This document shows positions 19,066-27,832 of a stretch of 33,655 bases of DNA, one piece after another (the first letter of the stretch is position 1; every line of letters begins with the position of its first letter). Under the pieces are notes generated by a model. The model saw only the letters and a program-made list of their open reading frames with translations, made no database searches and was not told the DNA's origin. Origin of the DNA: a virus (taxonomy: Duplodnaviria; Caudoviricetes); IMG/VR virus record IMGVR_UViG_3300011116_000906, positions 1 to 33,655 of that record; one strand, 5' to 3'. The position numbers and the translations under genes were made by a program.

Positions 19066-19296
19066 GTGATAAGTTTGCGTAATGATATTAGTGAAGAAAT
19101 ACTTCAAAGATTAACAAGAGTTGAAACTAAACTAGATATGTTTGCTTCTGCTAAAGATACAGCAAATGAAGCACTTCAATTAGGCAACGAAAACAAAAGA
19201 AGAATAGACAAATTAGAACGTGCTTTATACTGGACTTCCGCCATAATCATTGGCGGAGTCATAGTATCAGTTTTAAATATGGTATTAAATAACTAG
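19066..19296 (+). CDS. xhlA: XhlA-family hemolysin/holin-like protein
   Basis: QRLTRVETKLD coiled coil plus C-terminal transmembrane helix; upstream of the lysin. Confidence 0.8.
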   Translation: MISLRNDISEEILQRLTRVETKLDMFASAKDTANEALQLGNENKRRIDKLERALYWTSAIIIGGVIVSVLNMVLNN

Positions 19297-19307
19297 GAGG
19301 TAATATC

Positions 19308-19910
19308 ATGGATTTTTTTAAAGGATTTACTATCACTTCACCGTACGGAGACAGAGTTAGTCCGATTACTGGTAAAAAAGAAAAGCATACAGGAATTGAT
19401 TTAGTTAAAAAAGATAAAGCTGATTTGCCTGCATTCGTAGAAGGTGAATGCATACACGCTCAAATGGCTGTTCAATTTACTGGTGTTGGTGGATTTGGAA
19501 ATGTAGTACTCATTAAAGACAAGAATGGTTATGTGCATTTATACGGTCATTTAGATTCATGTGCTGTCAAAAAAGGCGAATTGGTCAAAAAAGGTCAAAC
19601 TATTGGTAAGCAAGGAAACACAGGGCAAAGTGCAGGTTCACACTTACATTATGAAATCAGAACTAAATCTTCACCTTCATTTGGATGGAGAACAGATACA
19701 GAACCTACTGCATATTTAGAAAAATATTATGCAAGTGAACCAAAACCTTTGCCTAAAACCGTAAAAACTGTTACAGTTAAATCAGGTGATACATTAATAA
19801 AGATTGCAGAAAGCAACGGATTAACTCTTGAGCAATTGCTTAAACTAAATAAAGAAATAAAAGATGCCAATCAAATTTCTATTGGACAATTAATTATTAT
19901 AAAAAAGTGA
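19308..19910 (+). CDS. Endolysin, peptidase M23 plus LysM
   Basis: HTGID, YGHL and HLHYE motifs; C-terminal TVKSGDTLIKIA LysM. Confidence 0.95.
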   Translation: MDFFKGFTITSPYGDRVSPITGKKEKHTGIDLVKKDKADLPAFVEGECIHAQMAVQFTGVGGFGNVVLIKDKNGYVHLYGHLDSCAVKKGELVKKGQTIGKQGNTGQSAGSHLHYEIRTKSSPSFGWRTDTEPTAYLEKYYASEPKPLPKTVKTVTVKSGDTLIKIAESNGLTLEQLLKLNKEIKDANQISIGQLIIIKK

Positions 19911-19920
19911 GGTAATCTAA

Positions 19921-20115
19921 ATGAAAAACAGATTAAAAAATTATGGTTTGTGGATTTCAATTGCATCTTTGGTATTTATGGTAGTACAAAATTCAGGATT
20001 ACAAATTACACCAGAACAATGGAATTCTTATGTTAATGCTATTCTAACCGTATTAGTACTAGCAGGAATCATTAATAATCCATCAACAGAAAACAAAGGT
20101 TTTGGTGATGATTAA
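19921..20115 (+). CDS. Holin
   Basis: NRLKNYGLW, two transmembrane helices, GIINNPST...GFGD. Confidence 0.9.
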   Translation: MKNRLKNYGLWISIASLVFMVVQNSGLQITPEQWNSYVNAILTVLVLAGIINNPSTENKGFGDD

Positions 20116-20126
20116 GGAGTGGTAGT

Positions 20127-20501
20127 ATGTTAGAAAGACATAGAAGATTTATTGAAGAATATTTGATAGATGGTCATGGACAAAATGCTTATTTAAGAGT
20201 TTATCCAGATGTTAGTATTGAATCAGCTAAAATGGCAGCTTCTAGAATTTTAAGAAGGTCTGATGTGAGTATGGAATTGCAAAGACTACAAGAAGAAAGA
20301 ATGAGAAATGTTATGTGGTCTGCTGAAGAAATTATTAAAAAAATTAAAGAAATTGCAGAATCAGAAGATTCATCTAAGCACGAAAAATTAAAAGCACTTG
20401 AATTAGGTGCTAAATCATTAGGACTATTTAGAGAAAAAGTGGAACATTCTGGTAATGTTTCAATTATTCTTGATAAAGAAATTGAGGAATGGTCAGAATG
20501 A
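20127..20501 (+). CDS. terS: Terminase small subunit
   Basis: RFIEEYLID...AY...A...ASRIL HTH and KLKALELGAKSLGLFREKVEHSG C-terminus. Confidence 0.88.
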   Translation: MLERHRRFIEEYLIDGHGQNAYLRVYPDVSIESAKMAASRILRRSDVSMELQRLQEERMRNVMWSAEEIIKKIKEIAESEDSSKHEKLKALELGAKSLGLFREKVEHSGNVSIILDKEIEEWSE

Positions 20502-20809
20502 AAACTCCTGCGTGGCAACGTAAAGAAGGTCAGAATCCTAAAGGTGGACTCAATGCAAAAGGTCGTGCAGCTTATAATAAAGCAACAGGTGGCAATCTAA
20601 AACCGCCTGTGAAGAGTGGAGATAACCCTAGACGAGCTTCGTTCTTAGCACGTATGGGTAATATGCCAGGTGCTGAAAGAAAACCTAATGGAGAACCAAC
20701 ACGATTATTATTAAGTTTACAGGCATGGGGAGCATCTTCTAAAGCTGATGCAAAAGCAAAAGCCAAATCAATTTCTCAAAGATTAAAATCTAAAAAAGAA
20801 GGTAAATGA
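20498..20809 (+). CDS. Basic phage protein (DUF6321-like)
   Basis: AWQRKEGQNPKGGLNAKGRA...RRASFLARM; ATGA overlap with terS stop; family recalled from motif. Confidence 0.75.
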   Translation: MKTPAWQRKEGQNPKGGLNAKGRAAYNKATGGNLKPPVKSGDNPRRASFLARMGNMPGAERKPNGEPTRLLLSLQAWGASSKADAKAKAKSISQRLKSKKEGK

Positions 20810-20810
20810 T

Positions 20811-21203
20811 ATGTACACTAAACCTTCATTACGAGAATCAATTAAAAATAAAATTATGTCCGGAGATAAAGGTGGAAAACCTGGTCAATGGTCTGCAAGA
20901 AAAGCACAGTTACTTGCTTTGGAATATAAAAAAGCAGGTGGCGGATATACAGGTTCAAAGACTTCTTCTCAAAAATCATTAAGCAAATGGACTAAAGAAG
21001 AATGGCAAACTAAATCTGGTAAACCTAGTGTGCAAGGTAAACAAGCAACGGGTGAAAGATACTTACCTAAGAAAGCCATTCAAAGTTTATCACCTTCTGA
21101 GTACTCTTTAACATCTAAAGCTAAAAGACAAGGTTTAAAACAAGGGAAACAATTTGTTTCACAACCAAAAAAAATTGCAGAAAAAACTAAAAAATTTAGA
21201 TAG
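20811..21203 (+). CDS. Basic phage protein (DUF5872-like)
   Basis: YTKPSLRE...GGKPGQWSARKAQL...YKKAGGGY...SLSKWTKEEW...RYLP. Confidence 0.8.
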   Translation: MYTKPSLRESIKNKIMSGDKGGKPGQWSARKAQLLALEYKKAGGGYTGSKTSSQKSLSKWTKEEWQTKSGKPSVQGKQATGERYLPKKAIQSLSPSEYSLTSKAKRQGLKQGKQFVSQPKKIAEKTKKFR

Positions 21204-21213
21204 GAGTTTCAAA

Positions 21214-21444
21214 ATGCCAAAACCGCATACACCTAAACACGAAAAATCAGAAAAAATGAAAGAGAGAATAAAAGAATATGGTGTCACGAAAGCAAAAGCT
21301 AAACCTAAGACTAAGATGGAAAAAGTTATGCATGAGTTTAAGATGGGTGAACTTAACATAGGTAAAAGTAAAAAAATGGTTAAGTCACGCAAGCAAGCAA
21401 TTGCCATTGGTCTTTCTGAAATGGGAAAAAGCAAAAAGAAATAA
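21214..21444 (+). CDS. Basic phage protein (DUF6496-like)
   Basis: KMEKVMHEFKMGEL...VKSRKQAIAIGLSE; AGGAG RBS favours ATG at 21214. Confidence 0.8.
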   Translation: MPKPHTPKHEKSEKMKERIKEYGVTKAKAKPKTKMEKVMHEFKMGELNIGKSKKMVKSRKQAIAIGLSEMGKSKKK

Positions 21445-21470
21445 GCCCTCCAAAGAGGGCTTTTCTTTTT
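21443..21470. terminator. Terminator between convergent late and replication units
   Basis: AAGCCCTC-caaa-GAGGGCTT followed by a T tract. Confidence 0.85.
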
Positions 21471-21885
21471 AATACTGCCATGACATTTTTGTTTCCATAT
21501 TAATATTCATTTTTTGTAATACATAAAGCAGGTGTGATTTTTTTATTCCTAATTTTTTAGCTAGTTCTGTTCGAGATAAATTTTTATTATTAAGTATTAT
21601 TTCCCTTTGTTCATCTGTTAATTTAAAAGTTATCATGGTTTCTACCAACGTATCTGGAACTTCAATGATAAATGTAGGCTCTGGTAAAGGTTTAATGATA
21701 GGTTCTTTTCCTGTGAATCCATTATCAATAAGAAATCTCAGTTCAGCATATACTGTGCTTCTTGATAATTTTAAATCTTTACTTATTCTAGAACCACCAA
21801 TTTTATTTAAATACATATCTAATATTATTTTTTGTCTTGTTGTTAAACTTTGTTTAATTAAAGCCATATTCATCATCAACTCCAA
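21469..21885 (-). CDS. Double-HTH DNA-binding protein, possible late-gene regulator
   Basis: ISKDLKLSRSTVY and LSRTELAKKLGI HTH motifs; last gene of the module; start uncertain. Confidence 0.65.
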   Translation of the reverse strand: MELMMNMALIKQSLTTRQKIILDMYLNKIGGSRISKDLKLSRSTVYAELRFLIDNGFTGKEPIIKPLPEPTFIIEVPDTLVETMITFKLTDEQREIILNNKNLSRTELAKKLGIKKSHLLYVLQKMNINMETKMSWQY

Positions 21886-22051
21886 CTCTTAATATTTCCA
21901 TGGTTTTTACATTAATTTCAACTAATAAACCTAATTTAGTATGATAGTAAAAACCTACAATATTTACATCATCAAACCCACAATCTTCTCCACTGAAATA
22001 ACTTTGCCAAACCAAATCTTCCCAACTCATAAATGGATTTAATGAAATCAT
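21854..22051 (-). CDS. Hypothetical protein
   Basis: Coupled ORF with GGAGGTG RBS. Confidence 0.7.
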   Translation of the reverse strand: MISLNPFMSWEDLVWQSYFSGEDCGFDDVNIVGFYYHTKLGLLVEINVKTMEILRVGVDDEYGFN

Positions 22052-22488
22052 GGTAATATAAACACCTCCATATCATTTCTTCCCATCTCTTTTGCTTTCT
22101 CTAAATCAGAAATGTAAACATCTAATTTGCCTTCAGTTATTGCTGAACCTCTGTCTGTACAATAGAACACATTTTCTAATTGTTTAATGTATATAGCTGT
22201 TCCAAATGCAATTGATTGTGGACAAGCTATTGTTCTACCTTCAATAACGGGTTCACCACTTGCGGTAATTCCATATCCTTTATTGCCTACTACTTTACCT
22301 GTAGATTCATAACCTTCTGTATAAAAAGTAACTTCATATGTTTTGAATTTCGGATGGACTTCAATTTCTTTTACTATCTGTTTTTCAATGTATTGAATTT
22401 TTGGTGGTGTTAAATAAATATCTAATATAACCAAAATACAAAATCCTGTGAATATAAAAATTAATAATATATCTAATGCTCTATTCAT
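22048..22488 (-). CDS. Membrane-anchored 3D-domain protein
   Basis: N-terminal transmembrane helix; GITASG...TIAC...GT...DRGSAI...LDVY. Confidence 0.88.
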   Translation of the reverse strand: MNRALDILLIFIFTGFCILVILDIYLTPPKIQYIEKQIVKEIEVHPKFKTYEVTFYTEGYESTGKVVGNKGYGITASGEPVIEGRTIACPQSIAFGTAIYIKQLENVFYCTDRGSAITEGKLDVYISDLEKAKEMGRNDMEVFILP

Positions 22489-22825
22489 TTTCTCCCTCTT
22501 TTCTATTTATTGAAGCATATTCACTGAATCCTTCTGGATAACGTTTTATTAATTTCTCAATATTATATGCAGCTAATTCTTCTAAATTTATATTTAATAC
22601 TGTACAGATTGAAGATATATACCATAATACATCACCTAATTCGCTCGCTAATTTCTCAACATTGAACTCATGTCCATGAAATAAAACTTTTTTTAAGTAG
22701 TCAACAGTTTCTCCCGACTCACCTGCTAATCCCATACTCATATTAATCAATACAATTTCAGTTTCTTTATCCTTATCTAATGTACGTGATGCGAGTTCTT
22801 GATATTCTTTGAAGTTCATTTTCAT
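22481..22825 (-). CDS. mazG: MazG-like nucleotide pyrophosphohydrolase
   Basis: GLAGESGE...ELGDVLWY...NIEKL..RYP.GF. Confidence 0.92.
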   Translation of the reverse strand: MKMNFKEYQELASRTLDKDKETEIVLINMSMGLAGESGETVDYLKKVLFHGHEFNVEKLASELGDVLWYISSICTVLNINLEELAAYNIEKLIKRYPEGFSEYASINRKEGENE

Positions 22826-22830
22826 TCTCC

Positions 22831-23205
22831 TTATTCTACAATTTGAAATTCCATTTCAACACGTGGATTTACTTTATCTATATCAAAGTCTTGAATTTGT
22901 GGTAAAGCCCATCTATCATCTACGTATATCTGTGCATCTTCCAAAGCATCCATAAGGATTTTTATTGTGTTATGAGTATCACGTCTACGATAATCAGGAA
23001 AATAATACCAAAGGCGAACGATAACTTTATGATGTGCGGTATTCCATTCATTCTTTTTTCTCCAATCTGATGCTTTAATTACGGTATCATCTATCCACAT
23101 TTTTGCAGATTTACTTAATATTCTAGACAATCGATGTCCAATTCTTCCGTTGATATACATGTGATTAACACTAGGTGGCAAAGTTAAAACTAATCTCTCA
23201 CTCAT
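22831..23205 (-). CDS. rusA: RusA-family Holliday junction resolvase
   Basis: LPPSVNH...RRRDTHNTIKILMDAL...DDR...PRVE. Confidence 0.9.
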   Translation of the reverse strand: MSERLVLTLPPSVNHMYINGRIGHRLSRILSKSAKMWIDDTVIKASDWRKKNEWNTAHHKVIVRLWYYFPDYRRRDTHNTIKILMDALEDAQIYVDDRWALPQIQDFDIDKVNPRVEMEFQIVE

Positions 23206-23384
23206 AACATTCCTTTCCTTCCTAAATCCATTATTAAAATTGCACACTCATCTTGTGGACGTTTTACTTTTCTTGCTATGTGTACGATATTCATTTTTTT
23301 TTTATAACAATTAATGACGGTTTCAACTTGTTCCAATCTCCAAAAAAAATTCATATCTTCAAGTGGTATATAATGTTTTGTCAT
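23202..23384 (-). CDS. Small HTH-like protein
   Basis: IARKVKRPQDECAILIMD; coupled to neighbouring genes. Confidence 0.7.
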   Translation of the reverse strand: MTKHYIPLEDMNFFWRLEQVETVINCYKKKMNIVHIARKVKRPQDECAILIMDLGRKGML

Positions 23385-23925
23385 GGATTACATCCCTCAC
23401 TAATGGTATAGGTATTAAATCTTGAAAGTTGTAATACCCTGTCTTAGTTCCTCTCTCTTTTAATTTATCACTTAATATTAATGAATCACTTTGAAATTCA
23501 TTTAGTAAAAATATAGAAGCATAACCACATAGATAAACTATTTTTTTATTGTGGTCAACAAGCGTAATGATTTGAGCATAATCGTTCCGTTTAAAAATGA
23601 TTGGAAATTTCCCCCACTCTGTAGATTTAATTCCAATTTGCATATCTTGAATATCGGGAACATTAAAATCTTTAGCATCTCCAACTTCATAATCAATTAC
23701 ATTAATACCACAATACAATTCTACTGCTCGTTCTCCCAACAGTCCTGTTAGAAAACGCTTGGAAATTTTATCATCATCAATTTTAAAATGTTGTTCGTGT
23801 TTCTGTGCAGCAATTTGATTTGCGAAGTCATAAAGTCTTTCATACTCATCGTCAGATATTTTAACTTCAATAAATTTTTGTTTATAAGGTATTACGTATT
23901 TAGCATAGTCAATGTTTATGCACAT
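23359..23925 (-). CDS. Hypothetical protein, possible PD-(D/E)xK nuclease fold
   Basis: G.LGE.AV helix followed by PD...IGIKS. Confidence 0.55.
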   Translation of the reverse strand: MCINIDYAKYVIPYKQKFIEVKISDDEYERLYDFANQIAAQKHEQHFKIDDDKISKRFLTGLLGERAVELYCGINVIDYEVGDAKDFNVPDIQDMQIGIKSTEWGKFPIIFKRNDYAQIITLVDHNKKIVYLCGYASIFLLNEFQSDSLILSDKLKERGTKTGYYNFQDLIPIPLVRDVIHDKTLYTT

Positions 23926-24103
23926 TCAATAAATCCCTCACTTTCTTTTTCAAATTTTTTGTATCCCAGAGTGGTTCTCCATATTCTAAGAACTGATAAA
24001 AAACTAATCCCATGTCAAGCTCATCCGCCATTTGCTGCTGAGTAAACCCTAGTTTTTTTCTAGATTTTCTTAAAAATTCAGGAGTTCCTTTCATCGTCAT
24101 CAC
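23909..24103 (-). CDS. XRE-family HTH protein
   Basis: LRKSRKKLGFTQQQMADELD...YQFLEYG. Confidence 0.85.
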   Translation of the reverse strand: MMTMKGTPEFLRKSRKKLGFTQQQMADELDMGLVFYQFLEYGEPLWDTKNLKKKVRDLLNVHKH

Positions 24104-24881
24104 CTTTCATTCTATAATTGAGATTAGTACCAATTAGTTCAATGGTATACTCCTTACTCATTTCGTAGATTCTACTTCCTAATGCTTCATCAATTTGCAA
24201 TAAATCTTCAATAAGTTTTTCCGATGAAATCAACATCGGTAGATTATTCATATAACGATAATTAATTACTGCAAACATTTGTTCGATTTGAAATTGAGTA
24301 GAGTCTTTTCTACCCTTAAATAAATCGTCTATGAATAGAACTTCTGCTTTCTGCATCTTTTCAATTCTATTATTTAAGTTGTCGAAATCTGACTTTAAAT
24401 CATTGAACCCTTCAACAAAAGGGAAATAAAATACTTGCACGCCACTATCCATTAACTGATTTGCAATAGCCATGAGAAGGTGTGTCTTACCCGCTCCAGA
24501 TTGACCTAGGAGAGCGATTGAATTGTGCCTGCTTGTCTTTATACTATCAAACCTACAAGCATAGTCCTGAGAGGCAATACGTGCGTTACGTACGATGTCT
24601 TGCATCCATGAAGAATCCCAACTACTGAAAGTTTTCTTTCTAAACTCAAATGTGATTTGACTCGCTTTAAATAATCTGTCTGAACGCGAATTTTTAAAAC
24701 ATTCACATTCTATATAATACTCTAATGCATCTTTGATGATGATATATCCACCATTATCTGAACATTTTTTACAGTTATAGATATTTTTTGGTAGTGTACT
24801 TTGGAATTCTTTGCTCTGTTGTTTCAGTTGTTCTATCTTTTCTAACATCTGCTGCATTCCATCCCCTAGATTTTTCATCAT
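24078..24881 (-). CDS. dnaC: DnaC/IstB-like helicase loader ATPase
   Basis: CKKC...CEC zinc site, GQSGAGKTHL, LFIDDL, NYRY. Confidence 0.93.
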   Translation of the reverse strand: MMKNLGDGMQQMLEKIEQLKQQSKEFQSTLPKNIYNCKKCSDNGGYIIIKDALEYYIECECFKNSRSDRLFKASQITFEFRKKTFSSWDSSWMQDIVRNARIASQDYACRFDSIKTSRHNSIALLGQSGAGKTHLLMAIANQLMDSGVQVFYFPFVEGFNDLKSDFDNLNNRIEKMQKAEVLFIDDLFKGRKDSTQFQIEQMFAVINYRYMNNLPMLISSEKLIEDLLQIDEALGSRIYEMSKEYTIELIGTNLNYRMKGDDDERNS

Positions 24882-25494
24882 TCATCACCCTCTCATAGAC
24901 CCAACCAATCATTACGTGGTAATGGGATTTGTATTTTGGTTCTTTGGCTTGGATATAATTATTTAAAATCTCTAATCCTTTATCCAATCTTTCTTTTGAT
25001 TCATATTTTTTAAGTAGTAAATCATATTCTTCTTTTGTCAGCATCACCCTTTCTAAGTACTTATCCTTTCCTAACCTAACCTTACCTAACCTTACCTTAC
25101 CTATGCTGTCATTTGTCTGTCGTTTGGTTGTCATTTGACTTTCATCCTCATAACTGACAATTCCTTCCAGATATTCAACACTACTTATTTTTACTAGTAA
25201 ATTCTTATACATACTATCTACCATTCTGTCTGCTCGTATTAAGTTGTGTTCATTCCAATGTACAATAAATGTTACAAGGTCTTCATTAAGTACAATAACA
25301 AATTCTTTTACGACTAATATTTTTAAATCGTCTTCGGTAGAACCTATCATTCGCATAACATTAAACCCTTCTACAACACCTTCATCATCAGCATTTAGTC
25401 CTAGATGAAAATATAGTAACTGTGTTGATACAGGCATCTTTAAAAATTTAGCAGAGTTAATAATTTTTTTACTAAACATTCTTCGTTGTGCCAT
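24775..25494 (-). CDS. Phage replication initiator (replisome organizer)
   Basis: MAQRRMFSK...LYFHLGLNADDEG N-terminus, internal repeats, YKSHY C-domain; precedes dnaC. Confidence 0.88.
   Translation of the reverse strand: MAQRRMFSKKIINSAKFLKMPVSTQLLYFHLGLNADDEGVVEGFNVMRMIGSTEDDLKILVVKEFVIVLNEDLVTFIVHWNEHNLIRADRMVDSMYKNLLVKISSVEYLEGIVSYEDESQMTTKRQTNDSIGKVRLGKVRLGKDKYLERVMLTKEEYDLLLKKYESKERLDKGLEILNNYIQAKEPKYKSHYHVMIGWVYERVMNDEKSRGWNAADVRKDRTTETTEQRIPKYTTKKYL
25070..25137. repeat. Putative origin iterons inside the initiator gene
   Basis: About 7 x CCTWA (25070-25103) plus 3 x TGTCRTTTG at 11-bp spacing (25107, 25118, 25129). Confidence 0.7.
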
Positions 25495-25504
25495 AGTTAC
25501 CTCC

Positions 25505-25738
25505 CTATAATAAATAATTATTTAATCGATATTCTGTAATGATATCACCGAACGAATCACGTTGATATTCAGTCATGTAAACAAATTCTTTTATCTCACC
25601 TTTATAAAAACAAATCTGAATATCATCTGTTTCAGGAATGTCTTTTAATTGTTTAAAATATGCTGCATCATTATTGTTTAAGTAACTTCCATCTGGTAGT
25701 GCTAAAAGATAACCTGTTTTATTCGTAATCTTTACCAT
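25505..25738 (-). CDS. Hypothetical protein
   Basis: AAGGAG RBS; in operon. Confidence 0.75.
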   Translation of the reverse strand: MVKITNKTGYLLALPDGSYLNNNDAAYFKQLKDIPETDDIQICFYKGEIKEFVYMTEYQRDSFGDIITEYRLNNYLL

Positions 25739-26042
25739 ACTGAAATCTCCTTTTAAATTCTATGCCTTCTACAGTTTCGTCGAGCCATTTATGACATAAA
25801 ACACATAAATGCATCAAGTCTTTTTCTGTTGTCACATGATTCAATTGCTTTCTTCCAATCAAGTGTGCCATTTGAGTTGCACGTTGGCTACTACAACGCT
25901 CACAGATGCCACTAGAACGCTCGTAAACAACTTCACGAATCTTATTACTAATAGCACCCATTTGTCGTTGTGTTGTTTTTATACGTTTCTTGGCGAGTTG
26001 TTTAGATTTCGGAAATGGTTCAGCCATTATTAACCCTGCCAA
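25719..26042 (-). CDS. HNH endonuclease-like protein
   Basis: CERC...AHL...LCVLCH. Confidence 0.85.
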   Translation of the reverse strand: MAGLIMAEPFPKSKQLAKKRIKTTQRQMGAISNKIREVVYERSSGICERCSSQRATQMAHLIGRKQLNHVTTEKDLMHLCVLCHKWLDETVEGIEFKRRFQYGKDYE

Positions 26043-26368
26043 TCTGTTTCTCTTTGGATTTTAAGAATGGACTGCAACATTGTTGATTGTGTCTGCAATG
26101 CAGATATGGAATCACGTACTGCAGTAAATTGCCCATCTGTTAAATCTCTCTGATACATTTCATCAGAACACTTTCCTTTTGCCATGTCAGGGATGATGGT
26201 CATCGCATATCCTTCTTCTTTTAATGCTACTGTCGTTTTGAAAATAGCCAATCGATAATCTCGTTCAGCCTCAGCTTTCGCCTTGGCTAAACGATTTAAT
26301 TCGATTATAGCATTTGTCAATCTCGAATTCACTTTTTTTATTTCATCTACAATAACCACATAATCCAT
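26030..26368 (-). CDS. Helical protein, possible UvsY-like recombination mediator
   Basis: Coiled-coil protein adjacent to ssb and the annealing protein. Confidence 0.5.
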   Translation of the reverse strand: MDYVVIVDEIKKVNSRLTNAIIELNRLAKAKAEAERDYRLAIFKTTVALKEEGYAMTIIPDMAKGKCSDEMYQRDLTDGQFTAVRDSISALQTQSTMLQSILKIQRETDWQG

Positions 26369-26736
26369 TAGAATGGCAACTCCACATCTTTATTCAACTC
26401 TTTTGAACCATATAATAAATCTGTAATATTTTTTTTAGAAACTTCTTGTACAATAATTTTTTCAATAATAATTTGGTCTCGATAAACTTTCTGTCCATTT
26501 AACTCGTAATTATTATTTTGAATTTTACCTTCAAAAGAAATTTCCGAACCTTTTTTATAACCATTAGCGATTTGTTCAGCAACTTCACCGAATGCTACTA
26601 TATTAAAATAGTCTGTTCGTTTTTTATCCTTTCCTTCCGTCACAGAAACGGAATTTACTAGAAATGCGTTACCCTTTTCACTAATTTTAAAATTATTTTC
26701 TTTTACTAGATTACCTTTCATCACAAGTCGGTTCAT
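26368..26736 (-). CDS. ssb: Single-stranded DNA-binding protein
   Basis: MNRLVMKGNL...TDYFNIVAFG...KKGS...EGKIQ; ELPF tail. Confidence 0.93.
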   Translation of the reverse strand: MNRLVMKGNLVKENNFKISEKGNAFLVNSVSVTEGKDKKRTDYFNIVAFGEVAEQIANGYKKGSEISFEGKIQNNNYELNGQKVYRDQIIIEKIIVQEVSKKNITDLLYGSKELNKDVELPF

Positions 26737-27254
26737 GATTTACCTCTTTCCATAAGTTTTTTAGTCAATACGGTTTCAATTTGTCTGTGCGTATTTCCTT
26801 TTGATTTCATGCCTTCGAACCATTCATCGAAGCCATCAAGGTCGCCTTTTCCTACTTGATACTTAATTTTGATTTCTTGTGGAGCGGGTAAGTTTTTCTC
26901 TTGATTAAGTATATCTTGCTGCAATTTAGCGTTCTCTACTTCATCACGACTTGCTATGGACTTTCTAACACTCAGACCTAAGTTAGCAATAGCACGCCCT
27001 GTTGCTGAAGTTTCACAGTTCTCGATAAAAGATGTTTTGTTTATAAAGCTAGAACCTTCTTTCTCGTAAGCGAACCCTGTTGCTGAAGGTTCTTTTTCAT
27101 CAAGACTTCTATATACAGAAGCTTTCATGACTACTACTGCATCTTGTAATGATACAATTTCGGTGATAATTCTTCCTTGCGGATAACGGTCATAGAATTC
27201 CATTATCCGCTCATTAACTGTAATATAATCTTGCAACGCTGCTTCTCTACTCAT
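26733..27254 (-). CDS. Putative single-strand annealing protein (Sak/Rad52-like)
   Basis: Y.TVNERI...ENCETSATGRAIANLG; directly upstream of ssb. Confidence 0.7.
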   Translation of the reverse strand: MSREAALQDYITVNERIMEFYDRYPQGRIITEIVSLQDAVVVMKASVYRSLDEKEPSATGFAYEKEGSSFINKTSFIENCETSATGRAIANLGLSVRKSIASRDEVENAKLQQDILNQEKNLPAPQEIKIKYQVGKGDLDGFDEWFEGMKSKGNTHRQIETVLTKKLMERGKS

Positions 27255-27442
27255 CTTGCTACCACCTTTCCAAATACAGAAGCTAACTCAAAAACATACT
27301 TTTTAAACTGTTCTTCGTCTGTAAATGTGATGAAAACTGAACCGTCATTCTGTTCTAAATGTACAACAATTCTTGTTCCTTCGTTGTAGCATCGGACTTG
27401 AAAGTCTTCTGTTGATAAGTCATGCGTGTTATAACTGTACAT
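27251..27442 (-). CDS. Hypothetical protein
   Basis: GAGGT RBS; ATGA overlap with the next gene. Confidence 0.7.
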   Translation of the reverse strand: MYSYNTHDLSTEDFQVRCYNEGTRIVVHLEQNDGSVFITFTDEEQFKKYVFELASVFGKVVAR

Positions 27443-27602
27443 TGTTTATTACCTCTTTCAGTTTTATTAAATCGGATTTCTCCATAAAAACAACTACATT
27501 AAAATTATCTGATTCATAAATTTTAAAAACAAAACCGGTATCTGTTGATTGTTCGATGTTTACTTTTAAACCTTTAATACTGTATGCATGTACCGTAACC
27601 AT
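27429..27602 (-). CDS. 57-aa hypothetical protein (not in the ORF track)
   Basis: MVTVHAYSIKGLKVNIEQ...EVINNVQL; GAGGTG RBS; fills the operon gap. Confidence 0.75.
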   Translation of the reverse strand: MVTVHAYSIKGLKVNIEQSTDTGFVFKIYESDNFNVVVFMEKSDLIKLKEVINNVQL

Positions 27603-27611
27603 TCCAACACC

Positions 27612-27830
27612 TCAATTTATTTCTTTAACTAAGAAATTCTTTTTAACCCAATCGTGAACGCAGTCCCAATCACATACATAATCGCCATCGATTATCAAAT
27701 GAGAAAAATCTGATTCAATTTCGTTATCACAGACGCAGCAATTTGCAATAACTTTAATTTCATCACTAAACCAATCATGATGCCTATCTTGATTACCTTC
27801 CGTAAAAACAACAGTTTTAAATTCTGTCAT
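27612..27830 (-). CDS. Small zinc-binding protein
   Basis: CCVCD...YVCDWDC. Confidence 0.75.
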   Translation of the reverse strand: MTEFKTVVFTEGNQDRHHDWFSDEIKVIANCCVCDNEIESDFSHLIIDGDYVCDWDCVHDWVKKNFLVKEIN

Positions 27831-27832
27831 TA

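Noticed and set aside
445-21434. Short - strand ORFs within the late region (e.g. 445-636, 6774-7082, 20201-20518, 21159-21434)
   Set aside because: They are antisense shadows of well-supported + strand genes, with no recognisable motifs.
24775-24881. 107-bp overlap of initiator and dnaC as a frameshift or error
   Set aside because: dnaC has its own SD-like sequence (GAGGGTG), and such overlaps are common for this gene pair.
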